DNA of 63,016 nucleotides, the filler included, from Phoronis australis (taxonomy: Eukaryota > Animalia > Phoronida), in NCBI GenBank assembly GCA_002633005.1. It is 9 parts of 9 records of this genome, joined end to end, with 100 filler letters (N's around TTAATTAATTAA, not from the genome) between each part and the next. Parts side by side here need not be neighbours in the genome. Positions count along the whole stretch, not along the records: positions 60,579 to 63,016 come from NMRA01003668.1; 8 more parts are not named here. One strand, written 5' to 3'. A model generated the notes under the pieces. That model was not told the origin of the DNA. It saw only the letters and a list, made by a program, of their open reading frames with translations, and did not search any database. Of the stretch, positions 62,334-63,016 are shown one piece after another. Each line of letters starts with the position of its first letter. The first letter of the stretch is position 1. The position numbers were made by a program, and so were the translations under genes.

Positions 62334-62751
62334 GTGGGTTCGTGGTGTCATGCGTGTTAAAGTTTTCATGTGTTTAAGTTTTGTTGGTATATTATTGAAC
62401 TTGGTCACCAACTAGTTGTCCAGGTATATTGTCAACTCGGTTATGCGACAATGAATATTCATTTGTTTTTGTACAAAAATGAATATGGTATGATCGCACC
62501 TTTATTAGACAAAAATGACTGCTAAAATTTGCCATGTTTCATTTTTCAAGGGCTTCTACCGTAACTTCGTCACTGTTTTGAATGCGAAATATTAATGATT
62601 TGTGACCTGTGAATTTACTAGTTATCAGTTAACCTTTTGGATGCCATTGTTGTACTGGTGTCTTTCATTGAGTGTTTTTCCGACCTGTTAGAGTGGACAT
62701 AGTGTAAGATTTGTTAAGTTTTCAGCATCACTGACCACCTCATCATTACAG

Positions 62752-62815
62752 TTATGTAGAGCGACAAGATCCAGATGTGCAAATTCAGCTCCTTACAAAT
62801 GATGACTACTTCAAG
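62752..62815 (+). CDS. ORC3: ORC3 exon (YVERQDPDVQIQLLTNDDYFK)
   Basis: CAG / GT, 64 nt, phase 2 to 0; similar to recalled YVEKQ...LLTN..YLK. Confidence 0.85.
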
Positions 62816-63016
62816 GTTTGTTGTTTTCCTCCGTAAATCTCAGTGTTTGTGTTGTTTGAATATTTTTTATTTTCAAACAGGGCAGTAGTGGCACTATCCC
62901 ACTCGCAATGTAACTATCTAGAAATCATTAAATTTATACCGCAGACTAATGTCTGTGATTTGCACATACCCAGTTGTAGATGAAGTAGTTTTAGATATTA
63001 TTAAAGTAAAAGGAGG

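Noticed and set aside
13720-62815. XDH, CEP41, RNF13, SLC5 and ORC3 as a functional gene cluster
   Set aside because: Each lies on a different spacer-delimited contig; adjacency is not evidence of linkage

Overview
This is eukaryotic (metazoan, probably invertebrate deuterostome-like; an inference) draft-genome DNA, not a prokaryotic locus. It consists of nine pieces joined by an artificial 100-bp spacer (N44-TTAATTAATTAA-N44), so adjacency across spacers cannot be treated as biological. Pieces: 1-11760, 11861-24198, 24299-28876, 28977-39780, 39881-52197, 52298-54873, 54974-57998, 58099-60478, 60579-63016. Spliced host-gene fragments read by hand, with GT-AG sites and consistent phases: a DUF4587 (C21orf58/PRR29-like) gene (5 exons, minus), the last six exons of a xanthine dehydrogenase/aldehyde oxidase-family gene (plus), two CEP41 exons, an RNF13/RNF167-type RING-H2 exon, two SLC5 symporter exons, four ORC3 exons and one orphan terminal exon. 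The rest is largely mobile DNA: a decayed Gypsy element (LTR, PBS, gag split by a CACTA-like insertion, -1 frameshift signal), a BEL/Pao pol-LTR-gag tandem junction, an L1/Tx1-type LINE, MULE-, Harbinger-, ISL2EU-, hAT- and Tc1-like non-autonomous elements, and several minisatellites. I see no convincing new protein-coding system. The most intriguing signals are non-coding: several unrelated repeats carrying arrays of CTCF-consensus-like motifs, a minisatellite that amplifies the exon/5'-splice-site junction of ORC3, and a palindromic satellite downstream of the CEP41 exons. All family assignments come from recalled motifs, with no database search.
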